From positions 9,796,001 through 9,860,000 of the forward strand of contig NC_083226.1 of assembly GCF_032191835.1 (NCBI RefSeq): a stretch of DNA of 64,000 nt, given 5' to 3'. Below the pieces are notes generated by a model that was given only the letters and a program-made list of their open reading frames with translations, searched no databases and was not told the DNA's origin. Positions 19,020-30,742 of this stretch are shown here, piece after piece; within the stretch, counting starts at the first letter, position 1, and each line of letters opens with the position of its first letter. The position numbers and the translations under genes were made by a program. This DNA is from Heteronotia binoei. Its lineage: Eukaryota.

Positions 19020-20489
19020 GTAAGCATTCTGTTTTATACATTCCTTCATGGTTCATTAATATCGTGTCAGTTTCAACAGTTTTATATGAATCTCTAGCAG
19101 AAAGCCTCTCTCTCGATGTCATAGATGAATCTCAAGCAGAAAGGCACTCTTTACCCTCTGATTCAAAAGCTCAATGGCAGAATAACTGCTTTGCATGCAA
19201 AAGGTTTCAGCTTCCGTTTCTGGCATCATCCATTAAAACTATCTCAATGAGAAAGACTTCCACAAAGGACTTGGGAGAAGGGCTGCAGCACTTTGGAACA
19301 GACAAGGGTCAATAGATCAATGAACTGATTTGAAGATAGATTTTGCGTGCTTTGGGCAACTGTTAACATTGTTAGGCAGATCTCTGGTTAACAGTCCGGA
19401 ATGTTCAGCTAATGCCTCTTTGAGGGCATCCAACGGTCAAGAGAAGATTTCCTAGGTAGGGAATCTGAATTATATAGCCACAAGACTCTGAAGAGTGTGG
19501 CTTCTTTGCGCAGCTCAAGCAACAGGAACAGTTGGGTGTGCGAAGAGGCAACAGTACACAGCTCTTGAAGAAACAAGGGAGAAGGAAATTGATGTTGTGA
19601 GTCAGAGAGGGTGTTTCATTCAGGTGTTAGCTGGAACTGGATTTGCGGTTTGGTGGGGCTGTTCAAGCAGTTCCCAGGGCAATCTATTGGCCTGCAGAAG
19701 TGCCTGTTTGCCTCCGCTCATGTTTTGTTTGTACATGTATACATAAAGCACATATAATAAAGTTAACGTAGGTGTCCAGTGCTCAGACTTCCAGTGGAGA
19801 CACATCCCCCAGGCACTGACCAGAATGTTCCTCACTAGACACAGAAGAAAGGAGTGTGTCATAAGATTAACAGCGCAGGGTTAAACAGTCATTTATTTCT
19901 TCAGAATACTTGACTGCTGATGTGCAATATAATTGTCCTTAACATAGTTTAATAATGGTGATGGTGATGGTGTTTGTGAGACATATAAAATATGGAGTAA
20001 GTTACTTTATAGAAGAGAACGTTAAGAAATTCTGCTAGTGATTACTGTTTCTTTCCACTCAGAATCTCGAAGTCTCTATCATGAGAAATGATGGTATTCA
20101 TACAAGATCTCTATTGACCCTCAACTCACATACCTGACCTGTTGTCCTTATATTTGCACAGAGAACAAGGTCATCCCAAAATCTTGTTTTGGGATTAATT
20201 AATAAACACCTCTTAGAGATGCAGACTTTTCCCTTGAGGTAATCAGCACAGCAGTCTAAGAACACCGCACAAGGACATTAGTATTACTAAGCTATGGATG
20301 GAGATTTTTTTTACAACATGGGTTTTCAAAAAAGATTATTCAAGGTTCTAGAAATGGAGTTTATGTTATACAGACAATCTAATTAGGAATAGACTATCTT
20401 AATTTCCCACTTGTCTCATTTGGTCAAATAAAATGGAACATAATTCACACTAGACATATTGTATATAAACACTGCCATATAGTTCAAGG

Positions 20490-20795
20490 TAAGGGTGGCC
20501 AGTGGGGATGAGGGGTAGAGTTGTGGGATCCAGGTTGGGAAACCCCTGGAGACTGTGGAATGGAGCCTGGGGGGGGGCAGATATTATTTCTGTTGCACAC
20601 TGGGTTTAGAGGCTGAAGACTTTTTCAGTCAGAGTGATCATAAGAAGTGCAGTTTAAGAGAGTTGATTCAGACTACACAATGCCATAAAGTCCACCCTCC
20701 AAAACATCCATTTTCTCCAGGGGAACTAATCTTTGTAGTCAGGAGATCATTATAATTCCAGGAGATCTCTAGGCTCCACCCGGAGGTTGGCAACC
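20490..20795. mobile_element. hAT-type MITE
   Basis: aagggtggccag...ggttggcaacc termini; body shared with ~49525-49680. Confidence 0.6.
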
Positions 20796-20799
20796 ACAC

Positions 20800-21010
20800 A
20801 TATCATTGATATCATTATGTGCTCATTTAAATTATTGCATGTAGGACAAATGAGCAGATCTTTGAGGAATAGGATTTCAAAATACAGACACAGGGTTCAA
20901 ACTGGATTTGTGGAGACTCTGCTTCCGGGTCATTTTAAATATATATTTTTTTATATCACTCACTCTGATTTGGGGTTAGGAGTAAAAATGATACAAAATT
21001 CTGTATGTAA
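20800..21010 (+). mobile_element. Degenerate Penelope-like GIY-YIG endonuclease remnant
   Basis: IIMCSFKLLHVGQMSRSLRNRISKYRHRVQTG...LPGHF resembles the YIGQT.R.L..RI.EH...HF pattern. Confidence 0.5.
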
Positions 21011-21812
21011 ATAACAGGCGCTTCTAAGACAAACGGTGTTTGGCTCTATATTTTCTGAAAACCACATTCCCTCGTGGACTAGATGATAAAATGGATAGGT
21101 TAGCTTTTTTGGAGGCTACAAGGGGAGTTAGAATGATTTAAACATGGTAGGGTATTTTGTATTATAAATGTAACAGCTGCAATTTAACCTTAGGATGGTT
21201 AGGCAATTGCCTTTTTATGTGCATAATAAAACAGCAGCACATTTCTTTAAAAGAGTCCTGATTCCTCATGCGTAAAGCAAGATGGGAGGATCTCTCTTCA
21301 TAAGTGGCCTTTTCCAGGAACCAGCCACATCCAGTAAGTACGATTTATACCCACTCCCTCAGCTTCTGGTTACTGAATCTATTCCAACAGAGGCCAGAGG
21401 TAGGCATTAGGCATGGTGTGGGCTCTGATATCAATTATAAGCGGCTTGGGAAAATTTAAATTTTCTTAATAGTTTTTTTTTCTTTTTCTTTTATTGTGCC
21501 TAGCCATGATTAGAGAACAGGAACTGAGGGGTACCCAGAACAGTTTCTTCCATCCTCAAGATTCATGAGGTAATTTTCCACCCTCCCTCTTTTGGAGTAA
21601 ATGTACATGTTAAAAAGAGTCATTAATGTATTGTTAATATACCTTATTTTTAGTTGTTTGACAGGTTCTTTGTTGTTCTGTTAGTTTAGAGTGAGCCCAA
21701 TGTATAAGCAAAGGCCTTCTAAATTTGTCAACAAATAACATGGACATTTAATGATTACACTATCAAATCTGATGACAGTCTCAAAATGAGTTTTTGAGCA
21801 GAAGAACTCACA

Positions 21813-22078
21813 GGCCGTTTTCCCACTAAGCTTACCTCGGAGCGACGTCCCTCTTCACCGCGCAGCATCTGTGCAGATTTCCCACCAACTGCTCCGAGGA
21901 ACCAGGAAGTTCCCGACCTTTTGCGTCGCAAATGGAAACTGCTAAAAACCAGTTTACGTTAGCGACGCAAAAGCCGCGACTCTACTTGGTTACTCGGAGC
22001 AGTTGGTGGGAAATCCGCGCAGACACTGCGCGGTGAAGAGGGACGTCGTTCCGAGGTAAGCTCAGTGGGAAAACGGCC
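21813..22078. mobile_element. Palindromic MITE (PIF/Harbinger-like), 266 bp
   Basis: TIR ggccgttttcccact / agtgggaaaacggcc, 3-bp TSD ACA, self-complementary body. Confidence 0.8.
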
Positions 22079-22350
22079 ACAGTGTACTTTGTCATGGCCT
22101 GTTATTTATGTATATTTGACATACTTCTATTATTAGGGCTAGGACAGGAAGAAGCTGGCACAACATTTATGAGTGCAATTTCTCCCAAAAATTTCCCCAT
22201 AAAGTCTCAGTTAATCAGCACTATCACAAATGTGTCTTTCATTTATTATTAAAATCTAAAACCATCTTATAATTTATGAATAATGATTATCAAATCAGAA
22301 GTGGGCTAAAAAAATTTGTACGTCATGATTTCTTTGCAGATTCCAGATCA

Positions 22351-23295
22351 ATGGACCGTGAGAATCAAAGTGTGGTGACAGAATTCATCCTGATTGGATT
22401 TTCCAGTTTCCCCAACTTGCAAGTCCTACTCTTTCTGGTGTTTTCCATCACATACTTGGCCATTTTGGCTGGAAATAGCATCATTGTCACAACAATAAGG
22501 TGCGACTCCAGTCTCCACATCCCCATGTATTTCTTCCTTGCCATGCTCTCCAGTTCAGAAATCTGCTACACGTTTACCATTGTCCCCAATATGCTTGTAA
22601 ATCTTCTAAAAGAAAAGGCAACTATTTCATCCATTGGCTGTGCTACTCAGATGTGCCTATTTCTGGCCCTTGCAGGTACAAACTGTATGCTTCTCACCGT
22701 GATGGGGTTTGATCGCTATGTGTCCATATGCAAACCTTTACATTACCCGGTTCTAATGAATCAGAGAACTTGTACTGAACTGGTAATCTTTTCAGCAACA
22801 ACTGGTTTTCTTTTTGCTGTACTCATGACAATCCTCATATTTACCTTGCCCTTCTGTGGGCCAAATAAAATCCATCACTTCTTTTGTGATTTGGCACCTT
22901 TACTTCAGCTGGCCTGCGCTCGAAATTATATGGGGGAAATTGTCATTTTTCTTATTTGCATTTTAATGGTAGTGGTCTCATTTTTTCTGATCCTCCTTTC
23001 ATATATTTTAATCTTAAACACAATCCTGAAAATCCCCAATGCAGAGGGCAAACGCAAAGCCTTTTCGACTTGTGCCTCCCATCTGATTGTGGTCGTTGTG
23101 CACTTTGGATGTGCTTCTGTTATTTACCTGAGGCCCCAATCCAGATACACTTTGAATGAGGACATGTTTATCTCTGTCACGTACACGCTGGTGACTCCAT
23201 TGCTGAATCCTGTCGTTTACAGCCTGAGGAACAAGGATGTCCAAGTAGCACTCAAGAAATCCCTGGGCAGAAGCACTTGCACCTGGAAGATATAA
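22351..23295 (+). CDS. Olfactory receptor, class II, OR10-family-like (OR-c), main exon 314 aa (326 aa if spliced to 18995-19019)
   Basis: OR motifs; MDRENQS start aligns with paralogues. The track's upstream Met (22276) reads through the acceptor tttctttgcAG. Confidence 0.95.
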   Translation: MDRENQSVVTEFILIGFSSFPNLQVLLFLVFSITYLAILAGNSIIVTTIRCDSSLHIPMYFFLAMLSSSEICYTFTIVPNMLVNLLKEKATISSIGCATQMCLFLALAGTNCMLLTVMGFDRYVSICKPLHYPVLMNQRTCTELVIFSATTGFLFAVLMTILIFTLPFCGPNKIHHFFCDLAPLLQLACARNYMGEIVIFLICILMVVVSFFLILLSYILILNTILKIPNAEGKRKAFSTCASHLIVVVVHFGCASVIYLRPQSRYTLNEDMFISVTYTLVTPLLNPVVYSLRNKDVQVALKKSLGRSTCTWKI

Positions 23296-23349
23296 GAAAA
23301 CTAAATACTGGGCAATTTTTCTTGAATTCTGTACTGTCATCTAGAGCCC

Positions 23350-24130
23350 ACATATAACTGGAGCTCCACTAACTGCACTGGCTTATCTTGAATACCAGAT
23401 CAGATTCAAGGTTTTGGTTTTGACTTTCAAAGCCCTTCACGGTCTGGGACCAGAGCTTTTTTTGAGCAGGGACGCACAGAAACGTAGTTCCAGCTGGCTT
23501 GGTGTCAGGGGGCATAGCCTAATATGCAAATGGGTCCCTACTGGACTTTTTTCTACAAAAAGCCCTGTGCAAAACAATCGTGATGTCAAGGGTGTGTGGC
23601 CTAATATGCAAATGAGTTCCTGCTGGGCTTTTTCTACCAAAAAAGCCCTGAGACTAACATATCTTCGAGACTGTTACTCCTGGTTTGTCCCCCAAAGAGC
23701 ACTGTGCTCAGTGAATAACAATCTCCAGGTGGTTCCCGGCCTGAAATGCATTCATCTAGCCGCAGTTTGATCTAGGACCTTCTCAGCTTTAGCCCCAGCT
23801 TGGTGGAATGCTCTTCCAGATGAGATCCAGGCCCTGCAGGGCCAGTAAAACTAAAATGTTCTGCCAGGTGGATGGCTGAGGCAACAACAGCTTTTACATT
23901 GGCCCCCTCCTTTATTTGGCCCCCGATTATGTCTTAATATCAGTTGTAACATCTACTGATGCATTTGATGTACTATCCTTCCCTTGATAACTGGAAATTG
24001 TGTCTTATGCACCATCTGTTTGAGTATTAATTGTACTGGAATGGATTTTAATTGATATTGTATTTATTGTTTTAAGCATTGTTACTACCCACCCTGAGCC
24101 CTGCTGTGCAGGCCAGGGTGGGCTAGAAAT
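23350..24130 (+). mobile_element. L2 LINE 3' fragments interrupted by a CAG-terminus hAT MITE (~23452-23650)
   Basis: ttcaaggttttggttttgactttcaaagcccttcacggtctggg (L2 FKVLVLTFKALHGLG), ccaccctgagcc tail, and MITE gcctaatatgcaaat motifs. Confidence 0.65.
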
Positions 24131-24164
24131 TAATTAATTGATTAAATATATATATTTATACAAG

Positions 24165-24430
24165 GGCATTGCAATGCCGGCCATATTATTTTGAATCCTT
24201 TTCCAAATATGGAAACTCATATGGAGTTTGCCTTTTTCATCACTGCTGCACATTGAGCCAATATTTTCTTGGCATTCCCCATTACAACCTCGAGATCTTT
24301 TTCAGTCTCTATTTCAGCCAGTTCAGATTCCATCAGCATATATTAAAATTAGGGATTTTTTTGTTCCAGCTTGCATTGCTTTACACTTACCCACAATGAA
24401 CTTTATTTGACATTATGATGTTGGCCATTT
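24165..24430 (-). mobile_element. CR1 LINE fragment (old)
   Basis: ttgcattgctttacacttacccacaatgaactttattt is the reverse complement of the CR1 KCKVMH motif region. Confidence 0.55.
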
Positions 24431-25159
24431 CCTGATTAAAGACTTGGCCAGACTTGTCTGATTTTCTGACTGACGTACCTTTTTCAGTGACATCCACTTT
24501 CTTCCCCCCTCTTTCTTTCAGCTGTACTGCTGCTACAATAAATGGAACGAAATATCTTTGTGGTAGCTCACTGCCAAAATAAAAACAATTTTTAATTTTA
24601 AAATGTGTTAGTAATGCACACTCCTTCAGGCTGGCTTATATTGTTTCTGGGCTGTCACGGTTTTAGGAGGTCTGATGTCTTTAGTTCAGAAATTCTGGCA
24701 CCACAGCTTTTGAACAGCAAACAGAACAGATCTTTATTCACACAAACACAAGCGGGGTTGGGATATACACACAGGATGATCTTTTATTTCACTTCAAAAT
24801 GCTTCACTTTAATTTACTCAAGGCAGATGTTGTACCGGTATAGCTTATGCAGTTACTTTGTTGGTGACTCTGAGAACACTCAGTCATTCCACTTCTCTTG
24901 CTATTATCTCCTGTGGTTCCTAAGACTCCCTTAGTCTGGGCTTCCAGGTAATCTCTATACACCATGAGAATTACCTCAGTTTTATACAGTGCCAGATTAA
25001 ACCCTGTGGAGGTGAAGGGGGACCCCTGAATAATGGATACAATGAATGTGAGCGTGCTTTGCCTTCAAACTGAAGTGTCTGATGTGACTTTCCATTGGAA
25101 CGCTGATCACAGCCCAAGTGGTTGTGCGCTCAAGCCGGCTGACTAGATAAGGTAACGGC

Positions 25160-25490
25160 CTCCTAAGATAGATCCAAGCGGGCAGCCGTGTTGGTCTGAA
25201 GCAGTTGAACAAAGCAGGAGTCAAGTTGCGTCTTTAAGACCAACCCATTTTTATTCAGAACGTAAGCTTCCGTGTGCTCTTAAGCACACTTCATCAGACG
25301 AGGAATCCAGCACAGTGAGCAAAGCCATACATAGCTGAGCAGAGCCCTACATAGCTGGTAGGCAGTGGCCCAGAATGCAACATGCTACAGATTTAAGAAC
25401 CAATGACAGTGAAGTAAATTCACTGTCTGTACCATGTTGCATTCTGGGCCACTGCCTACCAGCTATGTATGGCTCTGTTCAGCTATGAAT
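25160..25490 (-). mobile_element. Penelope-like terminal-repeat unit with fold-back and hammerhead motif
   Basis: Near-identical to 240-460 in reverse orientation; inverted arms 25330-25391 / 25426-25487. Confidence 0.75.
25261..25300 (-). ncRNA. Minimal type I hammerhead motif, degenerate (GAAA to GGAA)
   Basis: Minus strand: cgt CTGATGA a gtgtgc ttaaga gcacac GGAA gc t t acg; stems I and II perfect. Confidence 0.6.
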
Positions 25491-25799
25491 CAGATAAGCT
25501 TGTTCGCCTGCTTGCCTGCTAGAAAACTGTGTGTGTTCTGAATGATTTTACTCAGTTCCTTGAGGCTGCATTGCCTGACTGAGCTCTGCTTTGGTACCAT
25601 AGTAAAACCTTGCTTCATACCAGAAATTCTGTGCGGACCTCATTATTTTTCTGCTTCAGAGGCCCCTAGGCAATTAAAATCTTGGAGGCCACATTTATTA
25701 TTATTATTAGATAGTAGCACTATTAGATTATATTTTTAGACTGTTTTTAGATTATTTAAATACTTAATTGTTAACTTTATTGAACTGTATAATCTTGTT

Positions 25800-25880
25800 T
25801 TATTGTTTTAATATAGCTTTTGCCATGTCCTGTACGCCGCCCTGAGCCTGCCGCGGCGGGGATGGCAGGGTATAAATAAA

Positions 25881-25932
<52 letters not shown>

Positions 25933-25933
25933 T
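25800..25933 (+). repeat. L2/SINE 3' tail ending in (TTA)n microsatellite
   Basis: tgtacgccgccctgagcc...tataaataaa followed by about 15 TTA units. Confidence 0.8.
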
Positions 25934-25955
25934 ATCTCAGAGTCTGAGTGCCTGT

Positions 25956-26462
25956 TAGGGTTGCCAAGTCCAATTCAAGAAATATCTGGGGACTTTGGGG
26001 GTGGAGCCAGGAGACATTGGGGTGGAGCCAGGAGCAAAGGTGTGACAAGCATAATTGAACTCCAAAGGGAGTTTTGGCCATCGCATTTCAAGGGACCGCA
26101 CATCTTTTAAATGCCTTCCTTCCATAGGAAATAATGAAGGATAGGGACACCTTCTTTGGGGGCTCATAGAATTGGACCCCCTGGTCCAAACTTTTTGAAA
26201 CTTAGGGAGTATTTTGGGGAGAGCCACTGGATAATATACAGAAAATCTGGTGCCTCGACCTTAAAAAACAGGGCCCCCAGAGCCTCAGATACCCGTGGAT
26301 AAATTCTCTATTATTTTCTATGGGAATACGTCTCCATAGGGAATAATGAGTACCCAGCAGACATTTCCCTCCCCTCCCCTCGCTTTCTGATAACCCTGAA
26401 GTGGGGGGGAGGGCCTCCAAACCAGGGGATCACCTGCCCCCACCTGGGGATTGGCAACCCTA
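25956..26462. mobile_element. hAT-type MITE, TAGGGTTGCCAA family, intact 507 bp
   Basis: Perfect 12-bp TIR tagggttgccaa / ttggcaacccta and perfect 8-bp TSD GTGCCTGT. Confidence 0.95.
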
Positions 26463-27025
26463 GTGCCTGTCCCACTGCCCACGGCTCCTGCTGCAGCCTA
26501 CAGGCGCCTTCTTAAAAGCCTCTTTGACAAAGCTGCAGGGGAGAGGCAGGAAGAGGCAAACTTGGCAACAATGCCAGCCGCACCAGGCAAATTGGGCAAA
26601 GAGTGGCTCAGTTGCTGGCTGTACGTGCAGGCTGGAAGGGCTGCAAGCAGGGGGGAAACCAGGGGGGAAAGTTGGCCTGGGCCCCTAAAGGTGTGGGGGC
26701 CCATGGGCCAGTGCCTACTTGGCCTAATTGTTAATCCGGCTCTAGTTTTATGTGACCTATGCAGATGCCTAGTTTTTTCCCTGGGTAAAAGCTTTCCTGT
26801 TTGAGGCTCCTTTTATTTAACTACCCTCTCTCTCTAATCAGCAGAATTTGGTCTTTAGTTTCCCCTCAAACTGGCTGTTTCTTCACACATCTGATCTCTC
26901 TGAATGCTCTGACGGACCCTCTCAACTCACCCTCTCACTGCTTCCTCCCCCCCCCTCACAAAATTCCTCAGAATTCTAAGTCACAGTCATGTGACTTAGC
27001 AGTTTTCTTGATCATTCCTGCTTAG

Positions 27026-27453
27026 TGTCAAGCACGGTTATTTTCCTCCTAAGATGGCTGAAGTATTGTCAAGTAAGAGCCCTGCTTATCCTCCATTCCA
27101 CGCAACCCCTTTCCCACGTCCCTTTTGCCATATGACAAAGGATGTTTATCTAACGGAATTGTCTTGCTATGTCTCAGTGCCCAAACTCCCCTGTTTCATC
27201 CCAGGCACTTCACAAGCCTTATCTTGGTCACAGTGCTATTGCTAGGTAGAGGAAATTTACTGCTTTGCCCTTTGAACCCCAAATTCGAATAGTGTGTTTT
27301 TGTAGCTTTTATTATACCCTATATAGCATCTTGTAACCTCTGTTATCTCAGTCTTCTCAAAGACAATGTTCTGTATGCAACTTGGAGTTAAATAAAGATG
27401 TTCATTTGAAATCTAACAAAGGACTCTATTATTGGAACTACTCGTGCTTGACA
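27026..27453 (+). mobile_element. Solo LTR (TGTCAAGCA family, chromovirus-type Gypsy)
   Basis: Terminal inverted repeat tgtcaagcacg / cgtgcttgaca, 5-bp TSD CTTAG, AATAAA at ~27391. Confidence 0.9.
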
Positions 27454-27619
27454 CTTAGCTTAATCTTGCTGTTGTCCACCCTCAATTTAGAGAGATCCTC
27501 CTGCAGGTCTTCACAACCCACCTTGGTTTTCACAATCATGACTAATTTGTGATCATTGTAACAAGAAGTTACATACACTGCTTAGCAGAACAACAATTTC
27601 ACATTACAGTTTTTAAAAG

Positions 27620-28310
27620 AACCCTCAGGTATATGCCATCTGTAGGTGCAGAGTTACTACTTTTCAGTTTGCCTAGTAGTCCTAGGTATCTTTTGGTACC
27701 TCAGCTTGACTCCATTCTTCAGACATTCTTCCTCAAAAAACAGCATGTATGGCTTGGGTACAAACATCACATTTCTCACAGTGAAAACAGATGCGCATCT
27801 TCTTTAAACAATCCTTTTATTCCTTTGCCATCCGAAGACCTAATGGCCTCCCTAGCTGGTTTTCTGCTCCTGATATATCTGAAGAAAGGCTTATTGTTTG
27901 CATTAAGTCTTTTGGATATCCGCTCTCAAATTATCTCTTTGCTCTCCTTATTTTCAGCTTACATTTGTTTTGCCAGAACCAGCGCTCCCCCCTGTTCACT
28001 TTGATTGGGGACACCTTCCACATTTTAAAATAAGTCATTTTGCCTCTTAGAATTCCTTCACCACATGGGCTTTCTTTCAGACCTTCCCTAACTTTAAGAA
28101 ATGCATTCTAGCTGGGAGTTAATTGTAGTCTCAAAATTTTTCCAGCCATCCTGAAGAGATGTGACTCTCTTAATTTTTCTTTCTGAGTAGTCCCCTCATT
28201 TTAGCAAAAGTTCCTCTTTTGAAATCAAGTGGCTCTTTTGTACATTGAGGGCAACTTCCTGTTGACACGAATGCCGAACTGAATGGCATTACTGTTAACT
28301 GTCCCTAGCT
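27620..28310 (-). mobile_element. Old CR1 ORF2 fragment (EN-RT linker)
   Basis: Minus strand LDFKRGTFAKMRGLL resembles CR1 LDFRRADF.KLR.L. Confidence 0.5.
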
Positions 28311-28808
28311 GGTGAAATAACATTCACATCTTGCACCATGCTGAGCCCTGTTCAGAAGTGAATCTGGAGCTGCTGCACCTCTAGTTGGCAATGTGACTAA
28401 CTACTCCAGTGCACAGTCATCTAAAAAAGCTTGTTTCTGTGGCATGACTCAAGTACATATTCAATAAGTAGACGAGAAAAAAATTACTGTTCTTTACTCC
28501 TTTCACAGCACCTAAGGGAATATTTGGAGTTTGGGCTGCCAGATCTCTCCACAGCAGCCCTGGTTGCCTGCCACTGGTCCAAGTAGTATACAACACCCAG
28601 AGAGTAACACGGCAAAAGGACCAAAAAAATCAAAGGTACATAGCCCACCGTGAAAACCAGCTTCTATTATTAAATTATACAAGGTCAACAAAAATAAACA
28701 TACTCATATACAAATACTCATATACAAATTCCACCATCATAAATTACAAAACAACCATAACTTTTAGTCCTTAATGAAAAAGGAAGCATTAGCACCAAGA
28801 GTCCAAAA

Positions 28809-29300
28809 TGTCAAGCATCGATATTTCTCAATAAATAGTCTTTTGTTAAATCAAAAGTTGCTTTATTATAGGAACTCAGAAGCTTTACCAAGGACACAAT
28901 CCTTGGAAGTAATGAGGTATACATGGTTACATAGTTACTATATAGGATTACTTCAAAGGATAGTATACAGATGCAATTTGAGTCACGGGTTCAAAGGTTA
29001 CTACATAGTATCTCTTTTAGTACTAAGGAATTCAGGCTATTAAAAACATCTCCCTTTCTCACACTTCTCCAAGACCTGATAAGAACTGTCTGTGTGAAAC
29101 TGGGGGAGAGGCATCTCACAGCTTTACCAGCCAGGCTGTAGCGTAAACATCCTTGGGCTAGACAGATTTACTGCTTACCCAAGGAGGAGGGGGGCAGTGA
29201 ATACTAGTGGCTTGTTCTCTGTCTAAGAAACCATCATGGCACTTAGAAATATGCATGCTTGACATATTGCCCCCCCTAAGGTTTTCTCCGGGGTTTGGAT
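28809..29300 (-). mobile_element. 3' LTR (28809-29264) plus PPT and pol tip of a TGTCAAGCA-family Gypsy element
   Basis: tgtcaagcatcg...catgcttgaca termini; minus-strand PPT ttagggggggcaata; preceding ccatccaaaccccggagaaaacc matches the pol end at ~44110. Confidence 0.8.
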
Positions 29301-29581
29301 GGATGTTTACGCTACAGCCTAGCTGGTAAAGCTGTGAGGTGCCTCTCCCCCAGTTTCACACTTCTCCAAGACCTGATAAGAACTGTATGTGTGAAACTGG
29401 GGAAGAGGCACCTCACAGCTTTACCAGCCAGGCTATGGCGTATCGATGCTTGACAGGCTGTTGCGCATCAATGCTTGACAGGAAATATTGATGCTTGACA
29501 GGAACAGTGCTTGACAGGAACAGCTCTCCAGATGTTTTTTGACAGCTTTACCAGCCAGGCTGTAGCATATCGATGCTTGAC

Positions 29582-29699
29582 AGGAACAGTGGCTCTCCAG
29601 ATGTTTTTTGTCTACAACTCCCATCAGCCCCAGCCATTGGCTATGCTGGCTGGGGCTGATGGGAGTAGTAGGCAAAAACATCTGGAGAACCGCTGTTCC
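29582..29699. mobile_element. Short palindromic MITE
   Basis: ggaacagtggctctccagatgtttt...aaaacatctggagaaccgctgttcc. Confidence 0.65.
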
Positions 29700-30569
29700 A
29701 CACCCCTGGGCTAGAGCGTCCGGGAAAACCATAGAATTTTCCCGGAAACGCCTAGAGCGGCCCCATGTGTGTGCCACTATTTTGATGATGTCACTTCCAG
29801 GTGATGTCATTGTGCCAGCGATGCAGGGGGAGGTTCCGCCCGCCGACCCAATGTGGGCTGGTGAGACGGGGAATCCTCCCGTCTACAGCCCTTGTCGCAG
29901 CCCTTGGCAGCCCTTGTCGCAAATAGGAATTACCCAGAATACGTGTGTTCATGTGTAAGCACACAAGAGGGACACTCCTGTAGGTGAGGGACACACACGT
30001 GTAGACCATTCAGGTAACACTACTGGCCACCTTATGGCATAGTTGAGGGGGGAAACCTAAAGGGGAAAGCAGCTTGCTGCAGAGTGACCTAGGTTGTGCA
30101 GGGGAAATGAAGGGGAGGGGTCATACATCACCTGTCCTGAAAGGAAGGGTACAAAGGGAGCGGGACCATCAACTGTGGAGGGGGGAACCCTGTGATTTCA
30201 GCAGCACAAGAGGTCTAAGAACAATGTAATTTAACCATCATTTCACGGCAGCAAAAGAACTTGGGGAGCAACTATAAAGTTGGGGATGAAGGCCTGGGAG
30301 CAGAACAAGAGCAGCATCGTGGCTGGGCAGACTGGATATAGAGTTAGGATCCTGAACAAGACGAGAGTTTTAACTTGAACACCTTTTCTAGCTGAACCTC
30401 TTCCTGGTTTATTTGAGAGTACTCTCAAGGGGAAAATCCCCGTAAACATAGGTGAAGAATCCCAGTTACCCCCTCTCGTGAATTCCCCCAAGAAATTAGG
30501 AGAATGCCTGTTTGGCTAACAAAACATGTCCCGGATTCCTCTAGGAGCTTTCTGCTTTTGCCAGCTCCC

Positions 30570-30717
30570 GGTGACAATGTTAGGGCTAATGAGTTTTGTA
30601 TGATGAAATACCAAAGAAATGATTTCCTTAGGGATTTGGAAGCTTGCTTGCAATGCTGCATGCTTTATAAAAGCCACATAAAAAGGAGGCTATTGTGACA
30701 AATTGCTCTCCATTGGA
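30570..30717 (+). promoter_or_regulatory. Putative OR-d promoter block (homeodomain TAATGA, EBF-like, TATA-like)
   Basis: ggcTAATGAg at ~30575, TCCTTAGGGA 30625-30634, tttataaaag ~30664; homologous to the other four blocks. Confidence 0.45.
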
Positions 30718-30742
30718 ATGGAATCCGACAGTCTGTCTCCAC
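30718..30742 (+). CDS. Predicted 25-nt coding exon 1 of OR-d (MESDSLSP+)
   Basis: ggaATGGAATCC...CCAC|GTAAGC; in frame with acceptor 37217-37218 plus the 11-nt leader. Confidence 0.65.

Noticed and set aside
22276-22350. 339-aa OR-c with N-terminal MNNDYQ... extension from the ORF track
   Set aside because: It reads through the polypyrimidine tract and acceptor shared with OR-e and has no counterpart in the paralogues.
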